From Vicugna vicugna (lineage: Eukaryota), in the NCBI GenBank assembly GCA_013265495.1, contig MU057377.1, positions 62,001 through 126,000 on the forward strand: DNA of 64,000 nt. The letters run 5' to 3'. Made by a program: the position numbers and the translations under genes. Below the pieces are notes generated by a model. That model had not been told where the DNA came from and ran no database searches. It was given only the letters and a program-made list of their open reading frames with translations. Numbering within the stretch: position 1 is the stretch's first letter; every line of letters starts with the position of its first letter. Shown in pieces: positions 1 to 10,760 of the stretch.

Positions 1-785
1 CATATGTGGCTTTGTTCTAAGACCTTGGGAGTCAATCTTACAAATATTTGCTCCAGTGTTTGACAATAGCATTGTATCTGGTCATAGACTCTTGAGTACA
101 ATTAAAGCTTCTGGATCGTAAGGACCCTTGCATTATATTTTTTGTTAGGTTTTCATTTGCTCTGGGACTCATTAAAAGTCTTCAGCCTTTTGGTCAATTC
201 AGTAAATGGATGGGGAGCAGTGTACTTAGATATGGTATATGTTGCTTCCAGAATCAGAAGATATTTACCAAGCACTGTGCCTCTTTCTTAATGTAGACAG
301 TGAAAAGGTGCAGGAACTTCTTCTCTTCGGAGAGGATAGATAGACATGCTCAGTTCCACTGGATCCCCAGGGATTTTACTGGAGTGGCTAATCTCTGTAT
401 TTTAGTGGAACCCATACCTACCCCTCGGCACACAAGTATTTTATCAAGACACCTTGAACAGCTGCCAGCACATGCTTTCTAAAGCCTATCAGCATAGTGT
501 CGTCGGCGCCGGGACCAGCACGAACTCCGCCGGTGTGATGAGACAACGAACACTTCTGTGGTCTCAGCAACAGCACACAGTCCGTGAGTTGTCGCCACTC
601 TGGGGCAAGACAGTAAAGCTGTCCTGCTGTCTGGCCAGGTGACAGTAAACCGCTGTTGTGTCTCCCCATTGTCAGTCAAGGAAAAATACCCACCACCTCA
701 ACAGCTGCCTTCACAGGCCAACAGTGTAAGTTTGTTCCAGGGAAGAGACACATCTGTAGCAGTTGCTGTAATCGGAGCCGTGGAT
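1..785 (-). mobile_element. Degraded ERVL-class endogenous retrovirus internal fragment (pol / reverse transcriptase)
   Basis: The reverse complement gives frameshifted ERVL RT motifs in the correct order: TAPITATATDV (~VTPIAAAVPDV), QQRFTVTW (~QKQFAFSW), GADDTMLIG at 484-510 (~YIDDIMLIG), KIQRLATPVKSLGIQW (~KIQGPSTSVKFLGVQW), KKEAQCLV, FWKQHIPYL. Many stops and frameshifts. Confidence 0.85.
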
Positions 786-2010
786 TAACAGAAACAATGT
801 TTTATATATTATATAAGCCATTAAAATGTAATAGACATTTTAGACAATTAGATACTGAAGTTTTTATTTCTTGAGTTTTTTCTCTGATGTATGTGTTCAT
901 TAATCTGAAAGTTTTCAGAGTAAATTATATTTGATATAAATTATTTAAAAACACACCAACAACAGAAAAACGAAAACAACAAAATTATTTAATTGAATTT
1001 AACATAAAGAAAATCAACACAGTCTAGGGAACTTTTATGTCATCTGGTTCGTTGTCCTGTATGGCTCTGAGAGACTACTATGAATGGCTCTTTTTAATAT
1101 CTATTTTGAAATGATAACTCAGTGTGTATAGAAAATGTAATTCTCACAATATAAATTATGTCTTTTTTGCTTTTATTTATTTTCTGATTATTTTTAGCAC
1201 ATATTCAAAGAGTTAAAGTTGTATCAAACAGGAAATGAACTTTATCAATTTTAAGAAACACTAGTTTTAGGGCAGAGGTCATTTGTTTATGTGTTCAATA
1301 GCAAAAAATCTGGTTGATATTTCTCTAGACATTTAATATAATGTAATTCCTTACAACAGAATGGGTTTCCCCTGCCTGGGAAGGATGAATATAGTCATTT
1401 ACCTGTGCTGTTTTTTTATGGAAATACACTGTAATCTGGTAATATTTTATGATCTAATGCTATGGTTTCTTCTACTGTACTTTGTTAAAAGGACTTCTAA
1501 CTGGGTAGTTGGATTGTTAAATAATAATAATCTTTCATTTTCTCTGTTTTCAATTACCTTGCTTTCAATTACAACCCCTGGTCATAAAAATGCAAATTTA
1601 AGGTGCAAATTATATTCACTTTAAAATATATTCACAGAAGCTTTAGGTGAAAATGTAACTGCCTTTCAGCTAATGCCAAATGTAAATCATGCCACTTATA
1701 AAATGAGTATCCATAAATATTTTTAGAAAATGGAAATATGCACAAAGAAACTAACTCTGATCTGTCTGGAAACTGACATTTGTGAACGAAAAAGGGCTTG
1801 GATTGAATTTAGATAAATTGAACACACTTATGAGCAGACACTCATAGCTTCAGTGACTCTTTGGACAGGCACAATGTTGAGCTGTTGCAAGAATACAAGT
1901 AATGGCGAAACATTAGAGCAAAAGCTTCATAAAAAAGCCAAGTGTGTGGGCAACAAGAGGTGCTGTCAACAATATCCAAAATGGCTGTGCCAATTTAACA
2001 AACACTTAGT

Positions 2011-2165
2011 GGGGGAGGGTAGAGCTCAGTGGCAGAGCACGTGCTTAGCATGCACGGGGTCCTAGGTTCAATCCCCAGCACCTCCACTTAAAAAACTAAC
2101 TAAATAAATAAACTTAGTTACCCCCCCAATCCCTTGTCAAAACAATAAATAAATAAATTACCAAA
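2011..2165 (+). mobile_element. tRNA-derived SINE (camelid Vic-1-like)
   Basis: GGGGGAGGGTAGAGCTCAGTGG (A box) ... GGTTCAATCCC (B box) followed by an A-rich tail. Homologous copies at 3596-3697 and 50912-51046. Confidence 0.9.
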
Positions 2166-2447
2166 AAAGCCCAAATATTTATTGAACACCTACTAGATGC
2201 TGAACTGTGTTGACACTAAGTATTCAAAAATGAAAAAGTCATAAAGTCTGTTTCTGAACAGCTTATTTATCTACTTAGAGACAGAAGCATATAATAAATA
2301 CTTAGAATTCAGTGTATAGCGATCAGATGTTAAGAAGTTTATGGCCATTGTGGGGAGGGACTGACAGATTGCATGGAGAAGTTTGTAAAGGCTCCAAAGA
2401 GGTTTTGGATCTGAGCACTGGAAGATGCAAAACTATGGCAGACATTC

Positions 2448-2865
2448 TGTTGCAGAAACCTGAATCCTGTTGAGAGACCAAGTGACACTCAGGTTGGAGA
2501 ACTTAGGTTTATTACACCGGCTGGCTCAGAGGAGTTAACACTGCAAGCTCTGGACCCCGTCTGTAGATTTACACAGGCTTTTATAGGGTTTTAGGTTTCA
2601 ATTAAGTTCGTGCCATATGCAAATGAGGTGTTAGAAATGGACCAATCAGGAATGAGCTTTTGGGAACCAATGGAATTTTAGGGATAAATGCAAATGAGGT
2701 GTTAGAAATGGACCAGTCAGGAGTTAGCTTTGGGGGAACCAATGGACTTTTAGGGGTAAGTTTCATTTTCCTAGAAGCAAGCTGTTTTACAGAAGCGCAA
2801 AAACGGGAAGGCAATGGCCCTGCCTGGGAGGTCTTGCTGGTCCCTTTGTGGGTTTTTCCCCTTCA
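2448..2865 (-). mobile_element. Solo ERV LTR containing a ~71-bp tandem duplication
   Basis: TG...CA ends (tgttgcag...ccccttca). Poly(A) signal (tttatt) and TATA-like (ttttata) on the minus strand. No clean TSD seen. Confidence 0.7.
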
Positions 2866-3119
2866 GTACTCCATGCCAGCATTTAGAAAGTTGTTTATAT
2901 AAGGCATTAGAGGGGTGACATGATAAAGTGTGTCCCTTACACTCTTGCTGCAGAACCAATCACCCAAAAGTCCATCGGCTTTAAACAAAAATCATTTATT
3001 ATTATAGGTAATGTATCTATAGTGAATATCTACAGAATTACCTTCCACAGAAAGGTAATTACTGTATTCTCTATTCCATGTGATAGCCTTACACCAAAGC
3101 CAGTTGTTTCTTTTCTAGA

Positions 3120-3310
3120 CAAGAGCTCAGCAAACTATGGTCCACAGGAAAAAATCTGGCCTGCTGCCTGTTTCTGTAAATAAAGTTTTATTGGGTCACA
3201 GCCACGTCCATTCCGTTACTTAGTGTTTACGGCTGCTTTTACCACGGCAGGGTTGAGTAGTTGCCACAGAAGCCATATGGCTCTCAGAGCTTTTCTGCAA
3301 AAAACCCTCT
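3120..3310. mobile_element. MER58-like hAT-Charlie DNA transposon
   Basis: cagcaaactatggtccacagg...tgtaaataaagttttattgggtcacagccacg matches the recalled MER58A consensus. Confidence 0.8.
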
Positions 3311-3314
3311 AGAC

Positions 3315-3492
3315 CAGTGCTGTCCAGTAGAACACTCCGTGGTGACGGAGATGGGGCTCACAGAGCGTGAAGTGCGGCTGCTGTGACTGAACAGCCGACT
3401 CGTACCTCTCATTTAGTTTAAATTAATTTAAGTTTGAATAACTCCACGCGGCCAGCAGCTGCATCTCAGCCCACCCACCCATTTCTGGACAG
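3315..3492. mobile_element. MER3-like hAT-Charlie element
   Basis: cagtgctgtccagtagaac...atttagtttaaattaatttaagtttgaataa...tggacag. Confidence 0.7.
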
Positions 3493-3595
3493 TAAGTTCC
3501 CCGAAGACAAAGATGTGTTTCGGGTTATCTTTTTTACCCAATTACATTTTATCATGCCCACTCTACTAGCAGGCTCAGTAACTGTCTCAACAAAA

Positions 3596-3697
3596 TTTTT
3601 GTGTTTGTGTGTGTGTGTTTAATGGAGGCACTGGGGGTTGAACCAGGACCTCATGCATGCTAAGCATACGCTCTACCACTGAGCTGTACCCTCCCCC
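3596..3697 (-). mobile_element. tRNA-derived SINE (Vic-1-like)
   Basis: Reverse complement of the SINE at 2011, flanked by direct repeat ctcaacaaa (TSD). Confidence 0.9.
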
Positions 3698-5029
3698 TCA
3701 ACAAATATTTATTGAGTTAAATTTATCATGGTTGATTTTCCCTTACTTTAGGCAAACTTTATGAAAGACGTAAAGCTAAAATATTTCTCCTGGGAGAACT
3801 AGGATTGGGCTCAGCTCAGACACCCATTGGGTTCTTCCCAGTATCTCCAAGTGTTCTGGTCTGTGGGAACTTTGCTCTCTGAAGGAGCAACTGTTTTTGA
3901 GGGTCTGGTCCATAGCACGGAAAATCCCACCAAGGCTTTGCCACTCTCTCAGATGCTGGACAAGGCGCTGCCCCTCCAGAGTCCCTTAGGAGGAAAGGTG
4001 ACTCCTCAGGGAAGAAGAGCTTGCTTGGGACCACAGGGCCAGGCTCTGAGTTTCCACACAGTCGTATCCCCCAGGGCTGAAGTCAGCCTCCTCCGTGCTG
4101 GCTGCAGCAACCCCAGAACTGCACTTCTCTGTCTCTCCAAGACTCAGACTCAGCGCTGGAGCTGATTTTCCGTGCTCTTCCTTTGTCCCGGCATGGAAGC
4201 CTTATTTCTAAACCCTTATGCCTCTGCGCTATCCCTGGACCTTGGGAGGAACCCATCCATTTTTCACCCCCTACAGCTCTAGCAGACTTTGAATCTCAGA
4301 GAGTAGAAGTTGGGGTGCAGGTCATTCCTTCTTGGGGGTGTTTAATGCAAATTGATTTTTTTTTTGTATTCCAAGGGGAGGGGCAGCCTTGTCAAATCAG
4401 ACAAAAGATACTTGAAGTTCCCCCAAGGCAGGGGCTTTCTTGCCTACATTTGCATAACTAAATGGTGTCACTCAGAAGACCTCAGAAGAGCAAAGTTTGC
4501 TTGGAGGCAATTTTTTTTTTTTTAAGTCTGTATTACAGATGCTTTAATGGGTGAAACTTGGCTGGTTCTTCTGCTCTAGGGAGGGGTGGGCTGATAGAAG
4601 GGAGGGAAGAAGAAAAAGCTAAAGAAGTAGAGGAAAGAAAGAAAACTAAAAGTGCTTTCGCTTAATGAGTCTATGTATGTTCAGCTTTTTCTCTGTCATT
4701 CAGAAAATATTGCTAATGTTTTCTTCACATTTTTTTAACAGAATATGCTTGATACACGGATGGTGTCTGAAACTGCACAAATTTACATGCATCTGCTCCT
4801 GCATGAGATTGTAATACTGACTGAAATAAAGGTAGTGTGGATTGTGGGTTTATCTTCCACTATCCTTTAGAATTCATGACCCCAGCATCTCCAAACTTAT
4901 AATTGGACTTGAATCCCTGAGACACTTGTTTTCAGTTTTCCCCTCTTGTTGTGTTTTCTATTTCTTTATTGAAAACCTTAGATGCAGTCTATCACTGGTT
5001 CATTGATGGGCAACTAAAGAGTTGACCTG

Positions 5030-5920
5030 AAAAAACCATGAGGAGATACCACCTCACACCTGTCAGAGGGCTTTTATCAGAAAGACAGGCGGTGGTCAGG
5101 ATGCAGAGAAAAGGGCACCTTTGGGCAGTGCTGATGGGGTGGCAAATTAGCGCAGCCACTATGGAGAACAGTGTGGAGTTTCTGCAACAAAATTAAAACT
5201 AGAACTTCCGTGTGATCCAGCCATTCCACTTCTGGGTATTTTTCCAAAGAAAATAAAATCACTACCTCAAAAAGATACCTGTACCCCCATTTCACTGCAG
5301 CGTTGTTTATAATAATCGTGTGGAAACAATCTAAGTGCCCATGAGCAGATGAAGGGATAAAGAAGATATAATATATACAAATAAAGTGGAATAGTCCTCA
5401 GCTGTAAAAAAGAAGGAAATCTTTCTATCTGTGACAACATGGATGGACCTGGAGGGCATTATGCTAAGTGGAATAGCTCAGGCAGAGAAAGACCAATACT
5501 GTACGATCTCGCTGGTATATGGAATCTAAAAGATACAATATCCAAACTCACAGAGAAAGAGATCGGATCTGTGGCTATCAGAGGAAGAGGGTTGAGGCAG
5601 GAGGCACTGGAGGAAAGTTACAGCGTCCAGCCGTTAAGATGAAGTTCTGAGGACATGATGTACGGCCTGCTGGCTGCCGTCCACGCTGCTCTGCGGTGCC
5701 ATCGGAGGTTGTTGTGAGAGTAAATCCTAAGGACTCGCACCACAAGGAAAACGTCTTTATCTTTTTATTGTGTCTATATGAGAACAGTGGATGCAAATTG
5801 AACTTACAGCCGTGACCACTTCACAATGTATTATGCGCCAGTCAAGCCGTCATGCTGCACACCTTACGCTTATGCAGTCGTGCATCCCAGTTATATCTCA
5901 ATTAAACTGGGGAGGAAAAG
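5030..5920 (+). mobile_element. LINE-1 3' end (ORF2 C-terminus plus 3' UTR, L1MA/MB-type)
   Basis: gagataccacctcacacctgtcaga, gcagccactatggagaacagtgtggag, acaacatggatggacctggagggcattatgctaagtg, ending ttatatctcaattaaactgggg. Confidence 0.9.
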
Positions 5921-6240
5921 CATCCTCAAGTAATTGTATATTTTTGTCAGCAGGTTTTTTGGTTTTTTTTTGAAAAAAAAAATGTGCTTGTGAGTCTTCT
6001 CAGCATGATGTTTTACTTAGTTGATACATGATGCGTGTTTAATATGTTAAATACTAAATCATAATTTCTGTCATTTCTTTGGTCTTCAAGTACAAATTTT
6101 ATGTGTGTGTCTGTGTGCTTTAAACTATTCTGACATACTTCAAAGAGAACTGCTGAAAATACAGTGTTAAAGAAACGAATTGTCAGCCCAGAAGCACTGC
6201 TGTAAACTCACTGCGCATTTATTGAATTAACCTTTATACG

Positions 6241-6683
6241 TGTGTTGGTTTTGCAGGGAGGCCCTAACACAGCGCCACAAGCTGGATGGCTTAAATGACA
6301 GACATGTGTTCTCTCACAGTTCTGGAGGTAAGAAGTCCAATATCCAGCTGTCAGCAGGATTGGTTCCTTCTGAAGATTTTGAGAGATAGTGTTGCACGCC
6401 TGTCCTCTGGCTTCTGCCGAAAACCTTGGCCTCCCTTGCCTGGTAGATGGTTCACCACACAGTCTGCCTCTGTCTTCACAGGGAGATTTCCTCTCGGTCC
6501 GAGCATCCTCTCTTATTAGAAGGCATTAGTCATGTTGGCTTCGGGTCCACCCTAGTTCGATCTGACCCCCTCTTAAGTTGATAACACCTGCCAACAACCT
6601 GTTTTCAAATCAGGTCACAATCACGGGGATCAGGGTTAGGACTTGAACACGCCTTTCTGGAACACGCAGTTCGACCCACAGCA
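6241..6683 (-). mobile_element. MaLR MLT1-type LTR
   Basis: ggatggcttaaatgacagacatgtgttctctcacagttctggagg...agaagtccaa...gggttaggacttgaacac...ttcgacccacagca. Confidence 0.85.
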
Positions 6684-7149
6684 GTAGGCAACACTGCACT
6701 GTTGTGGTCACTTTTAAGTTTGTAGTTGGCTTTGACGTATGTTTTCTCATGTGATTTCAGATGTGTCACTTCTTTGACAGTACGTCTTCTGCCTCATGAT
6801 GATTTGAAAGAAATGATTATGACTCACGTGTTTCGTGTTTAATCCTAGAACCATTAATATTTACTGTTGGTATCTGCTTAACTAGTTACCCCAATGCAAC
6901 GTGAAGTTGTTTAAATAGTCTGAGCATTTACATCAAAATGTTAATCACCTGATACTCCAATTTAACTCTTCCGAATCTCTCTCAATCTCTGGTTGGAATT
7001 GCTCAATATAGGAACTGGACAATTATATTATTTTCAATTTCCTTATTCTTAAATATCCCAAAGCCATGTAGGCTTTAGGTTAAATCTCCTGTCTTGTTGC
7101 AAAGATGGCTTTCTTAATAGTGCAGGATCTTGGTAAGTGCTCAGACACA

Positions 7150-7580
7150 GGAAAGACTAGGTGTGTGGTAGGAAGGGCGCAGGCTTTGGCAGGACTCGGA
7201 TTCAAGCCTTTGTTCTGCTACTATGAACTTTTCAACCTTGAACAAGTCATTCAACCTCATCTGTAAAATGGTGCCAGCCGTTAGGAGCATGAAGTGACAC
7301 CAGCTAGTGTCCTTTACTAGCTCACGTGCTACGCTAGCAACGTCTGTAGCATTCGTTCCATGCCACGCATTATTCTTGGTGCTTTATATATGTTAACTTT
7401 AATTTTCACAAACATACCTATGAATTAAGTACTATTATTATGCTTGTTTTAAAGAGGGGCAAGTAAGACACAGTGCGGTTTAGTAGCTCCTCAACGGTCA
7501 ATTGGCTAGTTGTGACACGGCTGGAATTTGCACACCAGCATTTTGGTTTCAAAGTTCACACTCTTAATAACACCATCCTG
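7150..7580. mobile_element. Two MIR SINE fragments
   Basis: MIR core accttgaacaagtcattcaacctcatctgtaaaatgg, plus an opposite-orientation copy (actattattatgcttgttttaaagagggg). Confidence 0.65.
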
Positions 7581-8559
7581 CCTTTCCAGTAAGTCATTTA
7601 CTGCAGAGCCCAAACCAGTGGTCTGTGTGACTTTTGGCCATTCGCATGGAGAAGCCTTCAGACACCTCTAGGTATCTGTGAATTAATGGAAATTTGGTTT
7701 TCACTGGAAAACTAGAGCAATCAAAGCACTGAAGAGCCTGAACTCAGAAAAAAAGATTTTACATTTTAGGAAGAATCAAGCATGGTATCTTTGGAAGAAC
7801 GTGTAAAGTGTTCTCTGCCTCTGACCAATACTGTTTTCTTTCTAATCAATTTAATTTTGAAGATGCCCAACTTCCACCACGTCTTTTGTGAGTTGCCACC
7901 AGGAGGGGGTCGTACAGTCTTCAGTATGTACTGATGAATATGAGTGTGTGTGCGTGTGCACATGGGGGCATCGGGGAGGACGTACAATTTGCATGGAGAA
8001 TGTTTAAATCGCCCTCAAGAGTTTGGAAGTATTCAGCAAGACTTAGGTGGCCTGATAACCTGCAGACAGAACAGATCAGGAAGACACCCTCTTCACAGAC
8101 ACAAGAGACTGGAAAGGAAATTTACCTGGAAGTGGCAGCCCCGCGGCTCCACTGAGCAGCCGGAGAGCTGAGGCTTGCTTGTTTCAGCGCAGGGAAGGGT
8201 TAACTTCTGGCTTCTGGCTCCTGGCACTAGACAGCGGTGGCCGCTATCTGAGGGGGGCCGGGGCAGTCTGGTGGGAGGCTAACTCAAGGGTCTGGCACGC
8301 ATGAGCGGGAGGCTCACGGCTGATAACTTATCTCTCTCCTTCCTCAGAAGCCCGATCATGGTATTTAAAATATCGTCAGAGTAAATTTTGTTTGTGGTAC
8401 TTTGGAGGTACTTATGCAGATTTAAGTCTTTTAGAAGTTTAAGTTAGGTTGTATTTCAAACTAAGCAAAACATACAGAAGATAAAATGACACCCAGTTAG
8501 ATATAACAGATGTTAAACCATCTAGTGAACAGATTGTTTTTCTTGTTTTTTCCCTTCCT

Positions 8560-9520
8560 TCTCCTCTAAAAAAAAGTGTATAAAATTTCAAGCACATAGA
8601 AGGAGAAACAACACCTGTATCTCTGCCCACGTGCCCCAGCAGCCCCCTCCAGCTCATTTGCAAGCAAGTCCTAGCCATCATTCCATTTCATCCACGCATT
8701 TTTTGAACATCAATACGTAAAAAATAAAGATTATTTAAACATACCCACAATATCATTAGTTCACCTAAATAATGGATGGTAATTCCTTAATATCTTCCCG
8801 TGTACCTTCAGTTTTCAAATTTTCCCATTTTCTTCCTTAATTTTTAACAGCCTATTTGTCTGAGTCAAAAACCAAAGTAATGTTCTTACATTGCAATCGA
8901 TTGATAGATCTCTTTTCATCTGTAGATTTCTCACCCCGCTCTCTGTTTCCTTCCTTGTAATTCATTGGTTGAAGAAACCCCGCACTCCAGGTTTTGCTGA
9001 CTGCATCCCAGTGGCCCCATTTAACATTGTCCTTTGTCCCTGCTTTTCCGTGAATTGGGAGTTGGGTCTAGAAGTTTAAGCAGGTGTAAGTCCTCTTTTT
9101 TAGCAAGTATATTGCACAGGTATCTTGCATATTTCTATCAGGGGCACATCATGTTGGCTTTTCTTTCTCTGTGATTAATGCTCAGATTATCATTTTCTCT
9201 TTAGAAGTAAAATGTTACAGATGCAGTTAAAGTTCCCGCCCACCTCTCATTCCCTCCCCAGAGGTAACTCCTGTCTTGAACTTCGTGTGTTTCAAATCTA
9301 ATTTCATAAACTAGATTTAAAATGTGTTTGTGTGTTTTAAATTTTTGCACAATTAGTACCATACTGCATGAAAGTATTTGCAGCTTCTTTGGGGATTGAT
9401 CTGTGTTGATAAACGAGGATCTAATTCATCTTATTTTTAACCAATTTTAATATGGCATTATGTGAATGGACCCAAGTTTATTCATCAGTTTGTGAACAGA
9501 TACGTTGTTTCCACTTCCTG
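8560..9520 (-). mobile_element. Old L1M (L1MC/ME-like) 3' fragments
   Basis: Degraded L1M 3' UTR signatures, e.g. cctccccagaggtaactcctgtcttgaa and tgaacagatacgttgtttccactt. Confidence 0.55.
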
Positions 9521-9602
9521 TGTTCTCTCCTGCCTGAACCCTCCTGCTTCTGTGCTCAAGTTTCTCCAGGATTGGCACCAAACAGGGAAATTTCCAGTTT
9601 GT

Positions 9603-10300
9603 AGTGAAATACTGGAGCTGGCTTGGGCTGGCTTATGAGAGCCTGTTGTTAAATTTTTCAAAAATTTTGTGAATTTTGTGAACCAGATTTTAACCACAGA
9701 CATCATTAAAGATTAAATTATATAAACTTACAGGTTAATTACATTAAAAACAAAAGCAATAAATACCCAAGGCTCGCTGACCAATGGCTTTGCGGTGACT
9801 GACTGAGCTCCCGTTGTCCATGCTCCCGCTGCCCTGCCCGAGATTGTTTACACCTGCTTCATCTGCACGGAGGAGACGCTGCACAGCAGTGTCCTCCTGC
9901 TGTCTCCTCCCAGCGCTGCGCTGAGTGGTACCACACTGGCAGCTTGAAGTCAGTCATGGTGGAAGTGTTCATGCCGCAGAAATTGGACACTACTGCAAAT
10001 CAGGACTCAATTTATTGTTCTGATGATGGTCTAGACTTAAGAAAGTAAAGGGGGAAGCATTCATAATGCAGATTGATCTGAAAAACGTATTATGTCTGCA
10101 GCCTTTATTGTGAAGAGCCCCCAAAGCGAGGAGGGCTTCTTCCAGCCTTCAGGAACCACTGTCCAGTAGCACATCCAGAGTCGCAGTAAATGGTCACGTT
10201 AAAGTCCGTGGAAAGCGATGCGCTTGTCAGTGAAAGAGGGCACCATTTTAGAGGCCGAACTCACACCGCACCCGAAAGTAAGCTCCTCGTGGATTAAAGC
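9603..10300. mobile_element. MER63-like hAT-Blackjack DNA transposon
   Basis: ctggagctggct...gagagcctgttgttaaattttt...aaattatataaacttaca...gtctagacttaagaaagt matches the recalled MER63 consensus. Confidence 0.8.
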
Positions 10301-10349
10301 TCTCAACACACAAGTAGTTTTCTTTTCAGAGGAAACATAAGAGAATATC

Positions 10350-10760
10350 TTTGTGGCTGAAAGAGGAGACAGCACCCAGATCCATTCTGGAGGAAGGTGT
10401 CATTGGTGGGCCACTGGCACTGTGGGCAGCCGGCAGCCCCCAGCCGGCAGCTTTGTCTGCACCCAGCTCAGCTTTTGACCCAAGTGCACACATTCTCGAG
10501 GGGGCCACCAACCAAGGACTGAGCAAGGTGGTAATTCCAACCACTTCCACCCAACCATGGACTCCTGGGATGGGCCATCTTTGCCAGGACTTCCCGTCAG
10601 GCTGGTGGCGTCGCTGTCAAATCTGCATCGTGGCCTGATAGACCCCTGCCCAGTCCTGCTTTCTTGTTCTTTCTTTCGTAGGCGTTATGCCCCAGTAAAA
10701 CCTCTGCACACCTGGCTTCATCTCGGGGCCTGTTTCTCCTTGGGGAGCCCGCCTGCAACG
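10350..10760 (+). mobile_element. LTR16-like ERVL LTR
   Basis: ccaaggactgagcaaggtgg...ctgcccagtcctgctt...ccccagtaaaacctctgcacacctggcttcatctcggggcctgtttc. Confidence 0.65.

Noticed and set aside
2011..2090. tRNA gene (A and B boxes)
   Set aside because: It is the head of a tRNA-derived SINE with an A-rich tail; three diverged copies occur in the window.
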